From a virus, in the IMG/VR virus record IMGVR_UViG_3300020171_000001, positions 1 to 64,000 of that record: a DNA stretch of 64,000 bases; one strand, given 5' to 3'. The first letter of the stretch is position 1. Each line of letters starts with the position of its first letter. Position numbers and translations under genes: made by a program. The notes beneath the pieces are model-generated. The model searched no databases. It saw only the letters and a list, made by a program, of their open reading frames with translations, and was not told the origin of the DNA. Positions 45,030-54,277 of the stretch are shown in pieces.

Positions 45030-45283
45030 CGCTCATCGGCAATTGCATCCTGCGGTACCTGGCTGGCGGCAAGCCGCGGGACCTCAAGGCCATTGCGAAT
45101 ACCTGCCGCTGCCGCGCGGAGGACGCTGCGGTAGAACTGACCGGCTTTCAAGCGCGTGAACTGGTGTCGCGTGTCGGACGCGGGTACGTCTTGACCCCTA
45201 TGGGGCTGGCCGTCGCCAATCGCTTGAAGCCCTGCGTGGCAACTGAAACGCGGGGAGACAATGGGGAGCTCGTGCCATGTTGA
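45026..45283 (+). CDS. winged-helix protein
   Basis: ILRYL...ELVSRVGRGYVLTPMG. Confidence 0.6.
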   Translation: MTLIGNCILRYLAGGKPRDLKAIANTCRCRAEDAAVELTGFQARELVSRVGRGYVLTPMGLAVANRLKPCVATETRGDNGELVPC

Positions 45284-45930
45284 CCAAATCTAAATCGGTC
45301 GAATCAGCCAAATCAGTGGGCTCAGTGGGCCCGACGATCCGGGATTGCCACGACCTGATTCACCAACGAGACGTGTTGCGCCAGGGCAAACTGTCCATTG
45401 CTGCGTTCGCTACGGGGTACTCGGATGCTACGGCGCCCACGGATTCAGACACGACGGTCTTCGGGTGCTGGGTCCGGGTAGGCAGCACACGGGCTATCTT
45501 GGCTGCGCCGTGCAAGTCAAATAGCCGTTGGACGGCTGTAACGGACGCAGAGCTCTGCGGGGTCTACGGCGCTGTCTACATGGCCATGTCCTTGCTCGAG
45601 GAGTACCCGGGCTTGCCCAGGGCGCAGAACTTGGTGGTCGAAACCGGCTCGCTGGCGGTCCGCAACTGGTTCCAGGGTCGCGGTCTGAAGGGTACTGACT
45701 CCTACGTGCTCGAGCGCGTGTACTGGAGTTTGCGCTGGCCCCTTGAAGCCCATGGGATCAAGGTCGTGGTCAAGTGGGCCAAAGGTCATCAGTCTCCCGG
45801 TACAGGCACCGAGGCCTATCTCAGCAACCGGGTAGACGTACTGGCCAAGGAAGTCTGGCGCACGGGCCAAGAGCGCCGGTGGGTTGGCCACGGCGCGAGG
45901 CCAGGACCCGCTCGATCCGCGAGTGCATGA
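45277..45930 (+). CDS. RNase HI-like protein with third catalytic Asp replaced
   Basis: YSDA, DAELCG, ETGS (expected TDS), KWAKGH, NRVDVLAK. Confidence 0.75.
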   Translation: MLTKSKSVESAKSVGSVGPTIRDCHDLIHQRDVLRQGKLSIAAFATGYSDATAPTDSDTTVFGCWVRVGSTRAILAAPCKSNSRWTAVTDAELCGVYGAVYMAMSLLEEYPGLPRAQNLVVETGSLAVRNWFQGRGLKGTDSYVLERVYWSLRWPLEAHGIKVVVKWAKGHQSPGTGTEAYLSNRVDVLAKEVWRTGQERRWVGHGARPGPARSASA

Positions 45931-46478
45931 TGGCGCAACGGAGCTTCCAGATCCCCGAGCTTGTTACCCGCGTGAGACGAGCAGGCTTGAGCCCGAACCA
46001 GGTCCTGGCCTTTGGGTCGAACCACGCGGGGTTTCACGGAGCTGGAATAGCCGGACTGGCGTTTCGCGGTACGCCAGAGAACACGTGGCGTTGCGACTCT
46101 GCGTTTCTGCGCGCCATGCGGGCTCAGCCTGGGTCTCCGGACCGCGTTGGTTTGCGAGCCGTATACGGTGTGGGCAGAGGACCGCAGCAGGGCCGCGAAG
46201 GGCTGGGCTATGCCATCGAGACCGTGCGCCGCCCTGGGGCTCGTTGCTCCGTGCCCCTGAGTGAGATTCGCGAGCAAGTCATGGGCCTCGTGCGGTGGGC
46301 TGCTGAGCATGCAGATCTCGAGGTCTTTTGCTGTGTCTCCGGTGCCGGGTACAACGGGTGGAGCACATGCGAAGTACGCAACGGAGTCTACTCCGGTGTT
46401 GATTTTCCGGAGAACATTTGCATCCCGGCAGACATGGCGATGACGCCAACAGGTCTCACAGAGAGCGAATGCTGCTAG
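45927..46478 (+). CDS. A1S_2505-family phage non-structural protein
   Basis: AFGSNHAGFHGAGIA...YGVGRGPQ...YAIET. Confidence 0.75.
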   Translation: MMAQRSFQIPELVTRVRRAGLSPNQVLAFGSNHAGFHGAGIAGLAFRGTPENTWRCDSAFLRAMRAQPGSPDRVGLRAVYGVGRGPQQGREGLGYAIETVRRPGARCSVPLSEIREQVMGLVRWAAEHADLEVFCCVSGAGYNGWSTCEVRNGVYSGVDFPENICIPADMAMTPTGLTESECC

Positions 46479-46552
46479 CGGCTTTGCTGGCTGCCAAGGG
46501 TGATAGGGCCGACGTTCAACTGCCCGGCGTCCACGGGCAAAGGGTGTGAAAA

Positions 46553-47242
46553 ATGTCTCGTGCTCTGACTGGTATGCTCTTGCTGTGCAGTTCCCTGCTG
46601 TGCTCCTGCGACCGCGGGGCATCTGCAGCGGTGCCCGATGTGGTCCGCGCGCACCGTTTTGAACTGGTTGATAACGCAGGGAAGGTGCACGCAAAACTAG
46701 AAATGGGGCCAGGCGGAGAGGGTGCGGTGCTCGCGCTGTTTGATGCAGCGGGGGGGAGGCGCGCGGGGGTGGAAGTGCACGCCAACGGTGCTTCTCAGCT
46801 CACGCTGTACGATGCTGCTGGGAAGGCGCGGGGCGGACTGGGCGTTGACGCTAACGGTACGCCAGGGCTCACACTGCAAGACGCGGCAGGAAAGGCCCAC
46901 GTGGCTATAGGCGTCACTGAACGCGGCACCCCGGGGCTCTCGCTGTACGACACAACGGGGTCAATGCGCGCGTTCGTCCTCCCGACAGGGCTTGTCCTAA
47001 ACGATGCAGCGGGGAAGGCCCTCGCGGGGGTAGTCCTGCGCGAAAACGGCACTCCAGGGTTCATGCTCTACGACGAAGCAGGAACAGCCCGCGCGGGTCT
47101 GGCCGGGGCCGCAGATGGCAGCGGAGGGCTCGTGCTGTTGGACGCGAGGGGAACGACTCGCGCGTTTTTAAGTGTGACGGATGGCGCTTCGGGGCTCACG
47201 TTGTGGGATGCAACGGGCAAGGTAACACGCTCGTTACCTTGA
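46553..47242 (+). CDS. lipoprotein with ~23-aa beta-repeats
   Basis: lipobox LCSC; repeats like GTPGLTLYDAAGKARAGL. Confidence 0.8.
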   Translation: MSRALTGMLLLCSSLLCSCDRGASAAVPDVVRAHRFELVDNAGKVHAKLEMGPGGEGAVLALFDAAGGRRAGVEVHANGASQLTLYDAAGKARGGLGVDANGTPGLTLQDAAGKAHVAIGVTERGTPGLSLYDTTGSMRAFVLPTGLVLNDAAGKALAGVVLRENGTPGFMLYDEAGTARAGLAGAADGSGGLVLLDARGTTRAFLSVTDGASGLTLWDATGKVTRSLP

Positions 47243-47249
47243 CGCAGGA

Positions 47250-47804
47250 ATGCACGATGGGCAACTCGGACACAGGCAAATGAGCAGGCCTGCGGGGCAC
47301 TGCCGGTTCATTGCTGCGGTCTGCACTGTCTGCGGCCGCGAGCACTTGGCGAAGTCGAAGTCCAAACTCCGTTGCGATGCGTGCACAGCAGTACGTGAGC
47401 AGGGCCGCATTCGGCCGGGGGCCAGGCGACGGGCAAGTTCCCGACGCGCGGACATTATCAAGGGTATCGAAGCAGGCACCACGCGCGCTGGTGCCCTCGC
47501 GGCACAATTGCGCAGGACGCCGCAGTCAATTGGACTAATGCTGCGCTTCATGGCCCTCGACGGGCTGGTAACGCAGACTGAGTCTGGCGCGTGGGCGCTG
47601 GTGACAACGAAGCCGGTTCCGCGAGCAGGGCCTGTTCTACCCGCTGATAGCGCTCCGATGCGGGGCCGAGCAGGGGCTGTGCAGCGGCGCAACGAGGTCT
47701 GCCCAGCGTTCTCTGCATGCGGTGCATATGCTTGCCGTGTCAGGTGGCCTGCGTGGCACTGCGCTGATTGCCCACGTGCGGGCGAGGGGGCAGGGCAGCG
47801 ATGA
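47250..47804 (+). CDS. Zn-finger plus HTH protein
   Basis: CTVC/CDAC; LAAQLRRTPQSIGLML. Confidence 0.55.
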   Translation: MHDGQLGHRQMSRPAGHCRFIAAVCTVCGREHLAKSKSKLRCDACTAVREQGRIRPGARRRASSRRADIIKGIEAGTTRAGALAAQLRRTPQSIGLMLRFMALDGLVTQTESGAWALVTTKPVPRAGPVLPADSAPMRGRAGAVQRRNEVCPAFSACGAYACRVRWPAWHCADCPRAGEGAGQR

Positions 47805-47835
47805 CCGCCATTTACGCGACGCTGAGGAGGTCGTG

Positions 47836-48057
47836 ATGAGCGCATGTGAGAGATGCTGGGCCGAAGCCGGGGGCAACGCAGGCGAGTACCGGCGGCTGTT
47901 GTCGCTTCGCTCCTGCACACCTGAGCAGCAGGCGGGGCCAGACGCGGGGCTGTGCCTGCATTGTGGCCGGAGAACTCGGCACCAACACACCGGCGAGTGC
48001 ATGGTCCATGGCTGCGACGAGCGCCGGATGATGCTCAACGAGGAGCCAAGACGATGA
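47836..48057 (+). CDS. Cys-rich hypothetical protein
   Basis: RBS GAGGAGG. Confidence 0.6.
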   Translation: MSACERCWAEAGGNAGEYRRLLSLRSCTPEQQAGPDAGLCLHCGRRTRHQHTGECMVHGCDERRMMLNEEPRR

Positions 48058-48413
48058 CCACCAAGCGCAAGCCGACCAAAGATTTCCCGCCCATCGGGTG
48101 GCGTGGCCTGAAACGTCACGGCAAGGGCGCGTGGCGAGAGACAAGACGGCATGATGACACCTCCTGGAGCGTGGGGCATGGGTGGCCGTGCGGTGGAATG
48201 CCATCTGAGGTCGCACCTCTCCCGGGCGAGACATGGCCAGGCGAGGATGCGCCCGAGCAAGAGATCGAGCGGCTGCGCAATGCCATGACGGCTGCGCTTG
48301 CCATCTTCGAGGACCGGGAGCGGTTCATGGTGATGGGGCCGCTCGGGACACTGCAAGCGACGCGGATTTTACGGGCGGCGCTGGAGACGGCCCGACACGG
48401 GAGCGACCGATGA
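48054..48413 (+). CDS. hypothetical protein
   Basis: ATGA overlap. Confidence 0.6.
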   Translation: MTTKRKPTKDFPPIGWRGLKRHGKGAWRETRRHDDTSWSVGHGWPCGGMPSEVAPLPGETWPGEDAPEQEIERLRNAMTAALAIFEDRERFMVMGPLGTLQATRILRAALETARHGSDR

Positions 48414-48592
48414 CGACGAAAAACCTTGAGACGATCTTGGCCCGAACGCTACTGGCGTTGCAAGGATACCGGCGCGGCGATCATGGCGACTGGCATGACC
48501 CGGCGCATGCGGCGGCCGTGCGCGCGAGCCTGGACGCCACGAGGGCGCTAGCCGCGTGGCGGCAGACCCCGAAAGTGGACAAAAGGCGATGA
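48410..48592 (+). CDS. small protein, paralog of 50078..50284
   Basis: HAAAVRASLDATRALAAWRQT. Confidence 0.65.
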   Translation: MTTKNLETILARTLLALQGYRRGDHGDWHDPAHAAAVRASLDATRALAAWRQTPKVDKRR

Positions 48593-48834
48593 CCGCCGTG
48601 TATGCGATAGACCCCGGCCCGGTGCAGAGCGCCTATGTGCTGATGGTCGAGCGCGAGATCGACGACCACGGCATTGTGGAGAACGTCGAATTGCTGGAGC
48701 GCATCTGGCGCCGCGATGCGCCGCAGACGTTGGCCATCGAGATGATCGCCAGCTACGGGATGCCCGTCGGTCGTGAGGTGTTCGAGACGTGCACGTTTTT
48801 CATTTCAACAGTTGGCTTTGCGGCGCCCATGTGA
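48589..48834 (+). pseudogene. 5' fragment of RuvC-like Holliday junction resolvase
   Basis: AIDPGPVQSA...IEMIASYGMPVGREVFETC, then AT-rich foreign sequence. Confidence 0.82.
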
Positions 48835-48947
48835 ATATGATGTTTTTGCGTGTGGCTATACCTGTAACCCGTTATGTCTCCTCTCCGGCGGTGACCCTCC
48901 TGGGCCACACGCAACCGCCGGTTGAGGGGGCATCATCGGCGGATGTC

Positions 48948-49484
48948 ATGGAAACAAAAGTATGTTCAAGATGTAGGACGCCAAAAGCAATATCATTTTT
49001 TAGTAAGCACTCCCGTGGAACATTTGGCGTACAAGCATACTGCAAAGAATGTGTACACAGCCACTATCTTGAACACAAAGAGGATGTTTTTGCGCGTGCG
49101 CGCAGGCGCAGATCAGCCGAGTCCGGGAGAGAGCAAGAACGCAAGTGGCAGCGTGATAGAAGAACAAACTTCCCTATTAAGCGAATGATCCAAGAGGCAT
49201 CTGTACGTGCGCGAAAACGTGGATTTGATTTTAATTTAACTGAAGATGATTTAACAATGCCTGAATTTTGTCCAGTTCTTGGAATAAGGCTTGAGCGCAA
49301 GGGTTTTCCAAGAGCTGATTCCAGTCCATCTATTGATCGGATTGATTCACACAGGGGGTACATAAAGGGGAATGTTATTATTATAAGTTGGCGGGCGAAT
49401 AGAATTAAAAGCGATGCAACGCTTGAAGAATTGGAACTTATCGCGGCGTTCTATAGGAAAATTCATGAGAATTCTTGCAGTTGA
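48948..49484 (+). CDS. free-standing HNH-type (His-Me finger) homing endonuclease
   Basis: KVCSRC..CKEC; RARKRGFDFNL; CPVLG; SIDRIDSHRGYIKGNV..ISWRANRIK; low GC. Confidence 0.88.
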   Translation: METKVCSRCRTPKAISFFSKHSRGTFGVQAYCKECVHSHYLEHKEDVFARARRRRSAESGREQERKWQRDRRTNFPIKRMIQEASVRARKRGFDFNLTEDDLTMPEFCPVLGIRLERKGFPRADSSPSIDRIDSHRGYIKGNVIIISWRANRIKSDATLEELELIAAFYRKIHENSCS

Positions 49485-49971
49485 TCCAGGCCCGCAGCGT
49501 TCTGCGTGGGTCGTAATTAACGAAGATGGATCCAGTCATCCTCTGGTTGTAAGTTTTGCACTGGAGCCAAACGATGATTTGCTAGCCCGTATTCGAGAGC
49601 AGCGTTTTTGCTCACCACCGCTTCCTATGCACTGCGCTATGGAGATGGTGGCCAGTTACGGGATGCCCGTTGGGCGCGAGGTGTTTGATACGGTGTGGTG
49701 GGCTGGTCGATTTGCGCAGTGCTTCGGAGCGGACTCAGTTGATCGGATTTACCGATTACAAGTCAAGTTGGCGATATGCAAAGACAGCAGGGCGAAAGAT
49801 AGCAACGTCCGCCAGGCGATCATTGACCGCTACCCGGCGACGGGCGGCGGCCGGGTGCCGCAGATCGGGACCAAGGCGAAGCCCGGACCGCTGTACGGGG
49901 TGCGGGCGGACGAGTGGGCCGCGATAGGCGTGGCCCTCACTTGGCTTGGACGGGCATCCAAGGAGAACTAA
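49465..49971 (+). CDS. RuvC-like Holliday junction resolvase (complete, chimeric)
   Basis: ILAVDPG, MEMVASYGMPVG, VKLAIC...KDSNVRQA, DEWAAIGVA. Confidence 0.85.
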   Translation: MRILAVDPGPQRSAWVVINEDGSSHPLVVSFALEPNDDLLARIREQRFCSPPLPMHCAMEMVASYGMPVGREVFDTVWWAGRFAQCFGADSVDRIYRLQVKLAICKDSRAKDSNVRQAIIDRYPATGGGRVPQIGTKAKPGPLYGVRADEWAAIGVALTWLGRASKEN

Positions 49972-50077
49972 AACGATGACCGCACCGTTTGCGCTCACGC
50001 CCCCGCTCTACGGCGGGGCACGGGACAACGATACTCCGCGTCCGAGATGAGCACGGGGCACAGAGCGAGGTGAAGCC

Positions 50078-50284
50078 ATGAGAAAGACGAAGACATCGAA
50101 CAAGGCCCTGTTCAACGAGGCGCGGCGGTTCCTGTCTGCTCTCGCGGACTACGATAACGCGGCAGATGTGAACCACTTCCATTGCCCCGAGCACGCGGCG
50201 GCGATGCGCGCATCGATGGACTTGTACCACGCACTGGCCCAGTGGCGACAGACGTCGCCCTACGACAAGCTGGAGAAAAAGTGA
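50078..50284 (+). CDS. small protein, paralog of 48410..48592
   Basis: HAAAMRASMDLYHALAQWRQT. Confidence 0.7.
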   Translation: MRKTKTSNKALFNEARRFLSALADYDNAADVNHFHCPEHAAAMRASMDLYHALAQWRQTSPYDKLEKK

Positions 50285-50562
50285 TGATGAAGCTACTCGA
50301 CTCGGTATTGCGTATTTCCGACCAAAGACCGCCGTTGTGGCTCGTGCAGGATGCCGAGCAGTTGGCACGACGGCATAACCGCCAAATTGACGAGCCGTGG
50401 CGGCACAGCTTCCGCCCGCTCCCCCGAACGCCGGGCGTGTGCGCCATCTGCTACCAGGTGGAACGGCGGCACCGGCTGCCGTTGTGGCGCCGGCTCGTTG
50501 CGTGGCTGGTGGGGGACGGAGCCATGCGCGAGACCCTGAGCAAGCGCGACAAGGATCTGTGA
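50281..50562 (+). CDS. small protein, paralog of 51812..52039
   Basis: PWRHSF...CAIC...PLWRRLVAWLVG. Confidence 0.65.
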   Translation: MMMKLLDSVLRISDQRPPLWLVQDAEQLARRHNRQIDEPWRHSFRPLPRTPGVCAICYQVERRHRLPLWRRLVAWLVGDGAMRETLSKRDKDL

Positions 50563-50567
50563 AGACC

Positions 50568-50759
50568 ATGGCGAAGACCGAAGCGAAAAGACTGGCCGCA
50601 AAAGGGGTCGTTTCGAGACTGCAAGGAATCCTCGACGCAGGGTGGCCCCAGAACATGCGCGACGACAAGGACCCGCCCGAGAAGGGCGCAGATCTCCAGA
50701 GGACGCGGGATGGGATGGAGCAGCTGATCGCGGGCACCGAACGGACGTACCGAATTTAA
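50568..50759 (+). CDS. hypothetical protein
   Basis: coupled. Confidence 0.5.
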   Translation: MAKTEAKRLAAKGVVSRLQGILDAGWPQNMRDDKDPPEKGADLQRTRDGMEQLIAGTERTYRI

Positions 50760-50777
50760 CGTGCAGAGGAGCAGCCA

Positions 50778-50975
50778 ATGAACAAGCGCAGCGCCACGAA
50801 ATTGTGCCGGATCCTGGTAGACAGAGTAGTCGCGCAAGAGCAGGAGATCAACGTGCATCTCGGGCATCCGAGCGACTACCAGATCGGGTCGCTGACCGTG
50901 AGCGTGCGCTGGGATGTGCTCGCCACTGCCATCGGGTATTGCCCAAAGCCGCGGCCGGAAGGAGACGCGCTATGA
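50778..50975 (+). CDS. hypothetical protein
   Basis: RBS GAGGAG. Confidence 0.6.
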   Translation: MNKRSATKLCRILVDRVVAQEQEINVHLGHPSDYQIGSLTVSVRWDVLATAIGYCPKPRPEGDAL

Positions 50976-51634
50976 GGCTAACCCTCGCCCGCATTTTTCT
51001 ACGGGACGCATCGCCCGCGCGCAGCCGCCAGGCTGCGCAGTTCGTCGCGCTATACCCACGCGGCGCTCCACCGTCGATAGAGGTGCTTGCACGACTCGCG
51101 GCCCACGAGTTCGACGTGATATCGCTGTTGCATCTTTTGCCAGTGCCACTGCTCCGCGGGTGGCTGCACGCAGTAGCCGGCGCTGACGCGCCCCGATATA
51201 TCGCAGAGTCTGCAACGCTGCTAGAGGCAGCGGAGACCGCGGCGACAGACGCAGAGGAAAACGCGTGGACGGCAGCGGCAGAGGCCGCGTCCGATGGCCG
51301 CCCGGACGTGCCCGATGGCGTCTGGCAGGCGGCCGGCGACAGCGCGGCAACCGCCGAGGAGGGGCGGCAGCTCGCGCTGCTCACCGGCGCGCTGGAAGAC
51401 GCGCGAGAGCACACCGCGGCGGGCGCCCGAACCAGGGTGCGGTCCGGTAGCAAGAGCAGCTATGGACTGCACCGAGGGCGAGGCACTGGCCGTGGCTCTG
51501 CGGGGGCAGTGCGTGGCGGCGCAGTGCCCGCGCGAGGACGTGCGGACGTGCGGCACTGCGAGCACGACGGCCCGCCGTGCGTGTGCGCCGGCGGCGGATG
51601 CCCTGATGACGAAATCAACGACCCGAGGAGGTAG
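50972..51634 (+). CDS. hypothetical protein
   Basis: ATGA overlap. Confidence 0.5.
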   Translation: MRLTLARIFLRDASPARSRQAAQFVALYPRGAPPSIEVLARLAAHEFDVISLLHLLPVPLLRGWLHAVAGADAPRYIAESATLLEAAETAATDAEENAWTAAAEAASDGRPDVPDGVWQAAGDSAATAEEGRQLALLTGALEDAREHTAAGARTRVRSGSKSSYGLHRGRGTGRGSAGAVRGGAVPARGRADVRHCEHDGPPCVCAGGGCPDDEINDPRR

Positions 51635-51636
51635 CG

Positions 51637-51825
51637 ATGCGCGAGATGACGCTGATCTTGATGTTGCCAGTCCGCGTGGACGTGCAGGTCGACGACGACG
51701 GGCGTGTCGCCCACGTCTTGTCGGCTGAAACGGACACCCCAAGTGAACGGGAAGTCGAGGAGGCCCTCGACGCGGAGGACCGGCTCCACGAGCTGGATGA
51801 GGGTGCGACCGATGAGACGGAATAA
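51637..51825 (+). CDS. acidic hypothetical protein
   Basis: RBS GAGGAGG. Confidence 0.6.
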   Translation: MREMTLILMLPVRVDVQVDDDGRVAHVLSAETDTPSEREVEEALDAEDRLHELDEGATDETE

Positions 51826-52039
51826 CACCGTGACCCGCATCACCGGCTGGCGCCCGCCGCTGCGCCTGGTGCGCGACGCGGAGCGGCTGGCCATGGACGC
51901 CTCGACGCCGTGGCGGCACGTCTTCCGGCACCACCAGCAGCTCCCCGGGATCTGCGACCTGTGCCTGCAGCCGCTGCACCGCCACCGGGCGCCGCTGTGG
52001 CGGCGGATCGTCGCGTGGCTGGTGGGGGTGGAGCCATGA
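51812..52039 (+). CDS. small protein, paralog of 50281..50562
   Basis: PWRHVF...CDLC...PLWRRIVAWLVG. Confidence 0.65.
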   Translation: MRRNNTVTRITGWRPPLRLVRDAERLAMDASTPWRHVFRHHQQLPGICDLCLQPLHRHRAPLWRRIVAWLVGVEP

Positions 52040-52590
52040 GGCGGCTAATCCGATACCGCCCATACGGCCCTGGCCACGTGCGCTCTAGCGCATGGCTGGA
52101 GTGGCGCGACCCGTCCGAGGCCGACCTGACGGGGGCCGACCTGGTCGGCGCCGACCTGCGCGGCGCCGACCTGCGCTGGACAGACCTGACCGGGGCAGAC
52201 CTGGCCGGGACGTGTCTCGACCCCGGCGCGGCCATCCCGCCACAGGACTTGAGCGGGTGGGAGGTGCTGCCCGACGGCCGACTGCTCGGGTGGCGCACGC
52301 GGCGGAGCATGCACGCAGGCAACACCATCTACGAGCACGGCGTCCACTACGAGGCGCCGTGGTTCTCGGTCGATGAGACGACCGAGTGTCACCCGGGCCT
52401 GTACGCGTTCCCGCGCCGCGGTGACGCCGAGGGTTGGGCGCGGATCTATCCCTATGGGCTACCCCGTGGGCCGCACCCGTCGGTCGTACAGGTGGCCATC
52501 GAGCCGGCAGACATCCTGCGCGCCGGCGACAAGTGGCGCTGCCGGCGGTTCGAGGTGCTGCTGGACCACGCGCGGGAGTTGACGCGATGA
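52036..52590 (+). CDS. pentapeptide repeat protein (short), paralog of 19547..20302
   Basis: ~6 repeats + APWFSVDETTECHPGLY...KWRCRRFEV. Confidence 0.88.
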   Translation: MRRLIRYRPYGPGHVRSSAWLEWRDPSEADLTGADLVGADLRGADLRWTDLTGADLAGTCLDPGAAIPPQDLSGWEVLPDGRLLGWRTRRSMHAGNTIYEHGVHYEAPWFSVDETTECHPGLYAFPRRGDAEGWARIYPYGLPRGPHPSVVQVAIEPADILRAGDKWRCRRFEVLLDHARELTR

Positions 52591-52949
52591 CCCGAGACCT
52601 TACCATCGGCGCCCTCGTGACGGTTCGACGCGACGGCCGCGTTTACGTGGGTGAGGTGTTGCGCCGCACCGCAACGCTGGCCATCGTGTTGGTCGACGGC
52701 GAGCCGGCGCGCTATCGTCTTGCGACGGGCCAGAGGGTTGGCAGCAGTATGTCTGCGTGGAGCGAGGACAGCCTTGGCGCGCCGGACCCGATGGCGAGCG
52801 TCAACCGCGTCGCGCTGCGCAAGGCCCCCGTGCCCGGGTGGGCGCCCACCCGCTGGACGGCCTGCGGAGACGGTGGGTTTCTGGTTTTTGGCGGCGCGGG
52901 CGCGTGGGTTCGCGTCACCCGCGCAGAGATAGAGGAGGAGGAACGATGA
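52587..52949 (+). CDS. hypothetical protein
   Basis: ATGA overlap. Confidence 0.6.
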   Translation: MTRDLTIGALVTVRRDGRVYVGEVLRRTATLAIVLVDGEPARYRLATGQRVGSSMSAWSEDSLGAPDPMASVNRVALRKAPVPGWAPTRWTACGDGGFLVFGGAGAWVRVTRAEIEEEER

Positions 52950-53129
52950 GCGCCGGCGACTGGTGGACCGCGGTCTCGTGCCCGTGGACGGGGTGCGAGC
53001 GGCTAGCACTGGCGCCGGCCGACCGGCCGATTGGGTGCCGGCAGGGTGGCCGGCGTGATAGCACACCGCGGCGGGCACCCGCACCAGGAGGTGGCCCGGC
53101 ACGGAATCAAATGTCTGGCCCGCCGCGGG

Positions 53130-53165
53130 GCCTCGCCGGTGTCTCCCGAGCCGGCGGGGCTTTTT
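53130..53165 (+). terminator. intrinsic terminator upstream of dnaN
   Basis: GCCTCGCCGG-N10-CCGGCGGGGC-TTTTT. Confidence 0.65.
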
Positions 53166-53188
53166 GCACACAGCAATAAGGAGATCCA

Positions 53189-54277
53189 ATGCTCGACCTC
53201 ACGACGAAGAAGGACCAGTTTCTGAAGGGCCTGCACCTGGCGCAGAGTATCGCGGACCGCAAGAGCACAATGCCCGTCCTTGGTCACACGCTCATCCGGA
53301 GCGTGGGCAAGGATGCGATCTGCTGCGCGGCCACGGACCTGCAGGTCAGCGTGACGGCGGAGGCGCGGGCGGATGTGCTGTCGGACGGCAGCGTTGCCGT
53401 CCCGGCCGACCTGCTCTATAGCGTTGTGCGCAGTCTGCCCGGCTGCGACGTAACGCTGACCGAGGCGCCGGCCGGGCGCGTGACGGTCGCGTCGGACGGC
53501 GCGTCTGTCGAACTGGCGTGTTTGCCGGGCGCCGACTTCCCCGCGCTGCCGGAGCACCGGGAAACCGAGTTCCGCGAGGTGGACGGCAATGCCATCTCGG
53601 ACATGATCGCGAAGACGATCTTCTCGGTCTCGACGGACGAGACGCGGCGGCACCTCAGCGGCATCCTGATGGAGTGGGAAGGCACCACGGCGCGCATGGT
53701 GTCCACCGACGGGCACCGGCTAAGCAAGGCGGAGATGGAGCTCGAGGGGGGCCTGGACCTGCCCAAGGGCGTCATCATCCCGCGCAAGGGCGCGCTGGAG
53801 ACGCGGCAACTGTTGGACGGCCAGGATTGGACGTGCGGTTTGGCGGTCAAGGAGGAGAACCTGGTGGTGTGGGCGGGCGACGTCATCCTCACCGTCAAGC
53901 TGGTGGAAGCCAAGTTCCCGCCGTACCGGCAGGTGGTGCCGCCGGCCGCGGCCGAGCAAGCGGCCGTAGACCGTGCGGCGGTCATGTCGGCGGTCAAGCG
54001 CGCTGCGATACTCGCTGAGGCCGTCACGCTGGCGGCGGCGCCCGGCCGGCTGGTGGTGTCGGGCGAGAACCTCGACACGGGGGCGGCGCGTGCGGAGATC
54101 GAGGCAGACTACAGCGGGCCGGCCGCACAGGCACAGGTCGCTGCGCGCTATCTGCTTGACGCGCTGGGGGCGTGTGAGGGCGACGTCGTGCGGCTGGATA
54201 TCACGGGCCAGCTTTCGCCGGTGGTCGTCCGCGATGCCAGCGGATATGTGGGCGTGATCATGCCCATGAAGGTGTGA
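53189..54277 (+). CDS. dnaN: DNA polymerase III beta sliding clamp
   Basis: STMPVL, ATDL, DFP, STDETR, VSTDGHRL, IIPRK, FPPYRQV, VIMPMKV; 362 aa. Confidence 0.96.
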   Translation: MLDLTTKKDQFLKGLHLAQSIADRKSTMPVLGHTLIRSVGKDAICCAATDLQVSVTAEARADVLSDGSVAVPADLLYSVVRSLPGCDVTLTEAPAGRVTVASDGASVELACLPGADFPALPEHRETEFREVDGNAISDMIAKTIFSVSTDETRRHLSGILMEWEGTTARMVSTDGHRLSKAEMELEGGLDLPKGVIIPRKGALETRQLLDGQDWTCGLAVKEENLVVWAGDVILTVKLVEAKFPPYRQVVPPAAAEQAAVDRAAVMSAVKRAAILAEAVTLAAAPGRLVVSGENLDTGAARAEIEADYSGPAAQAQVAARYLLDALGACEGDVVRLDITGQLSPVVVRDASGYVGVIMPMKV

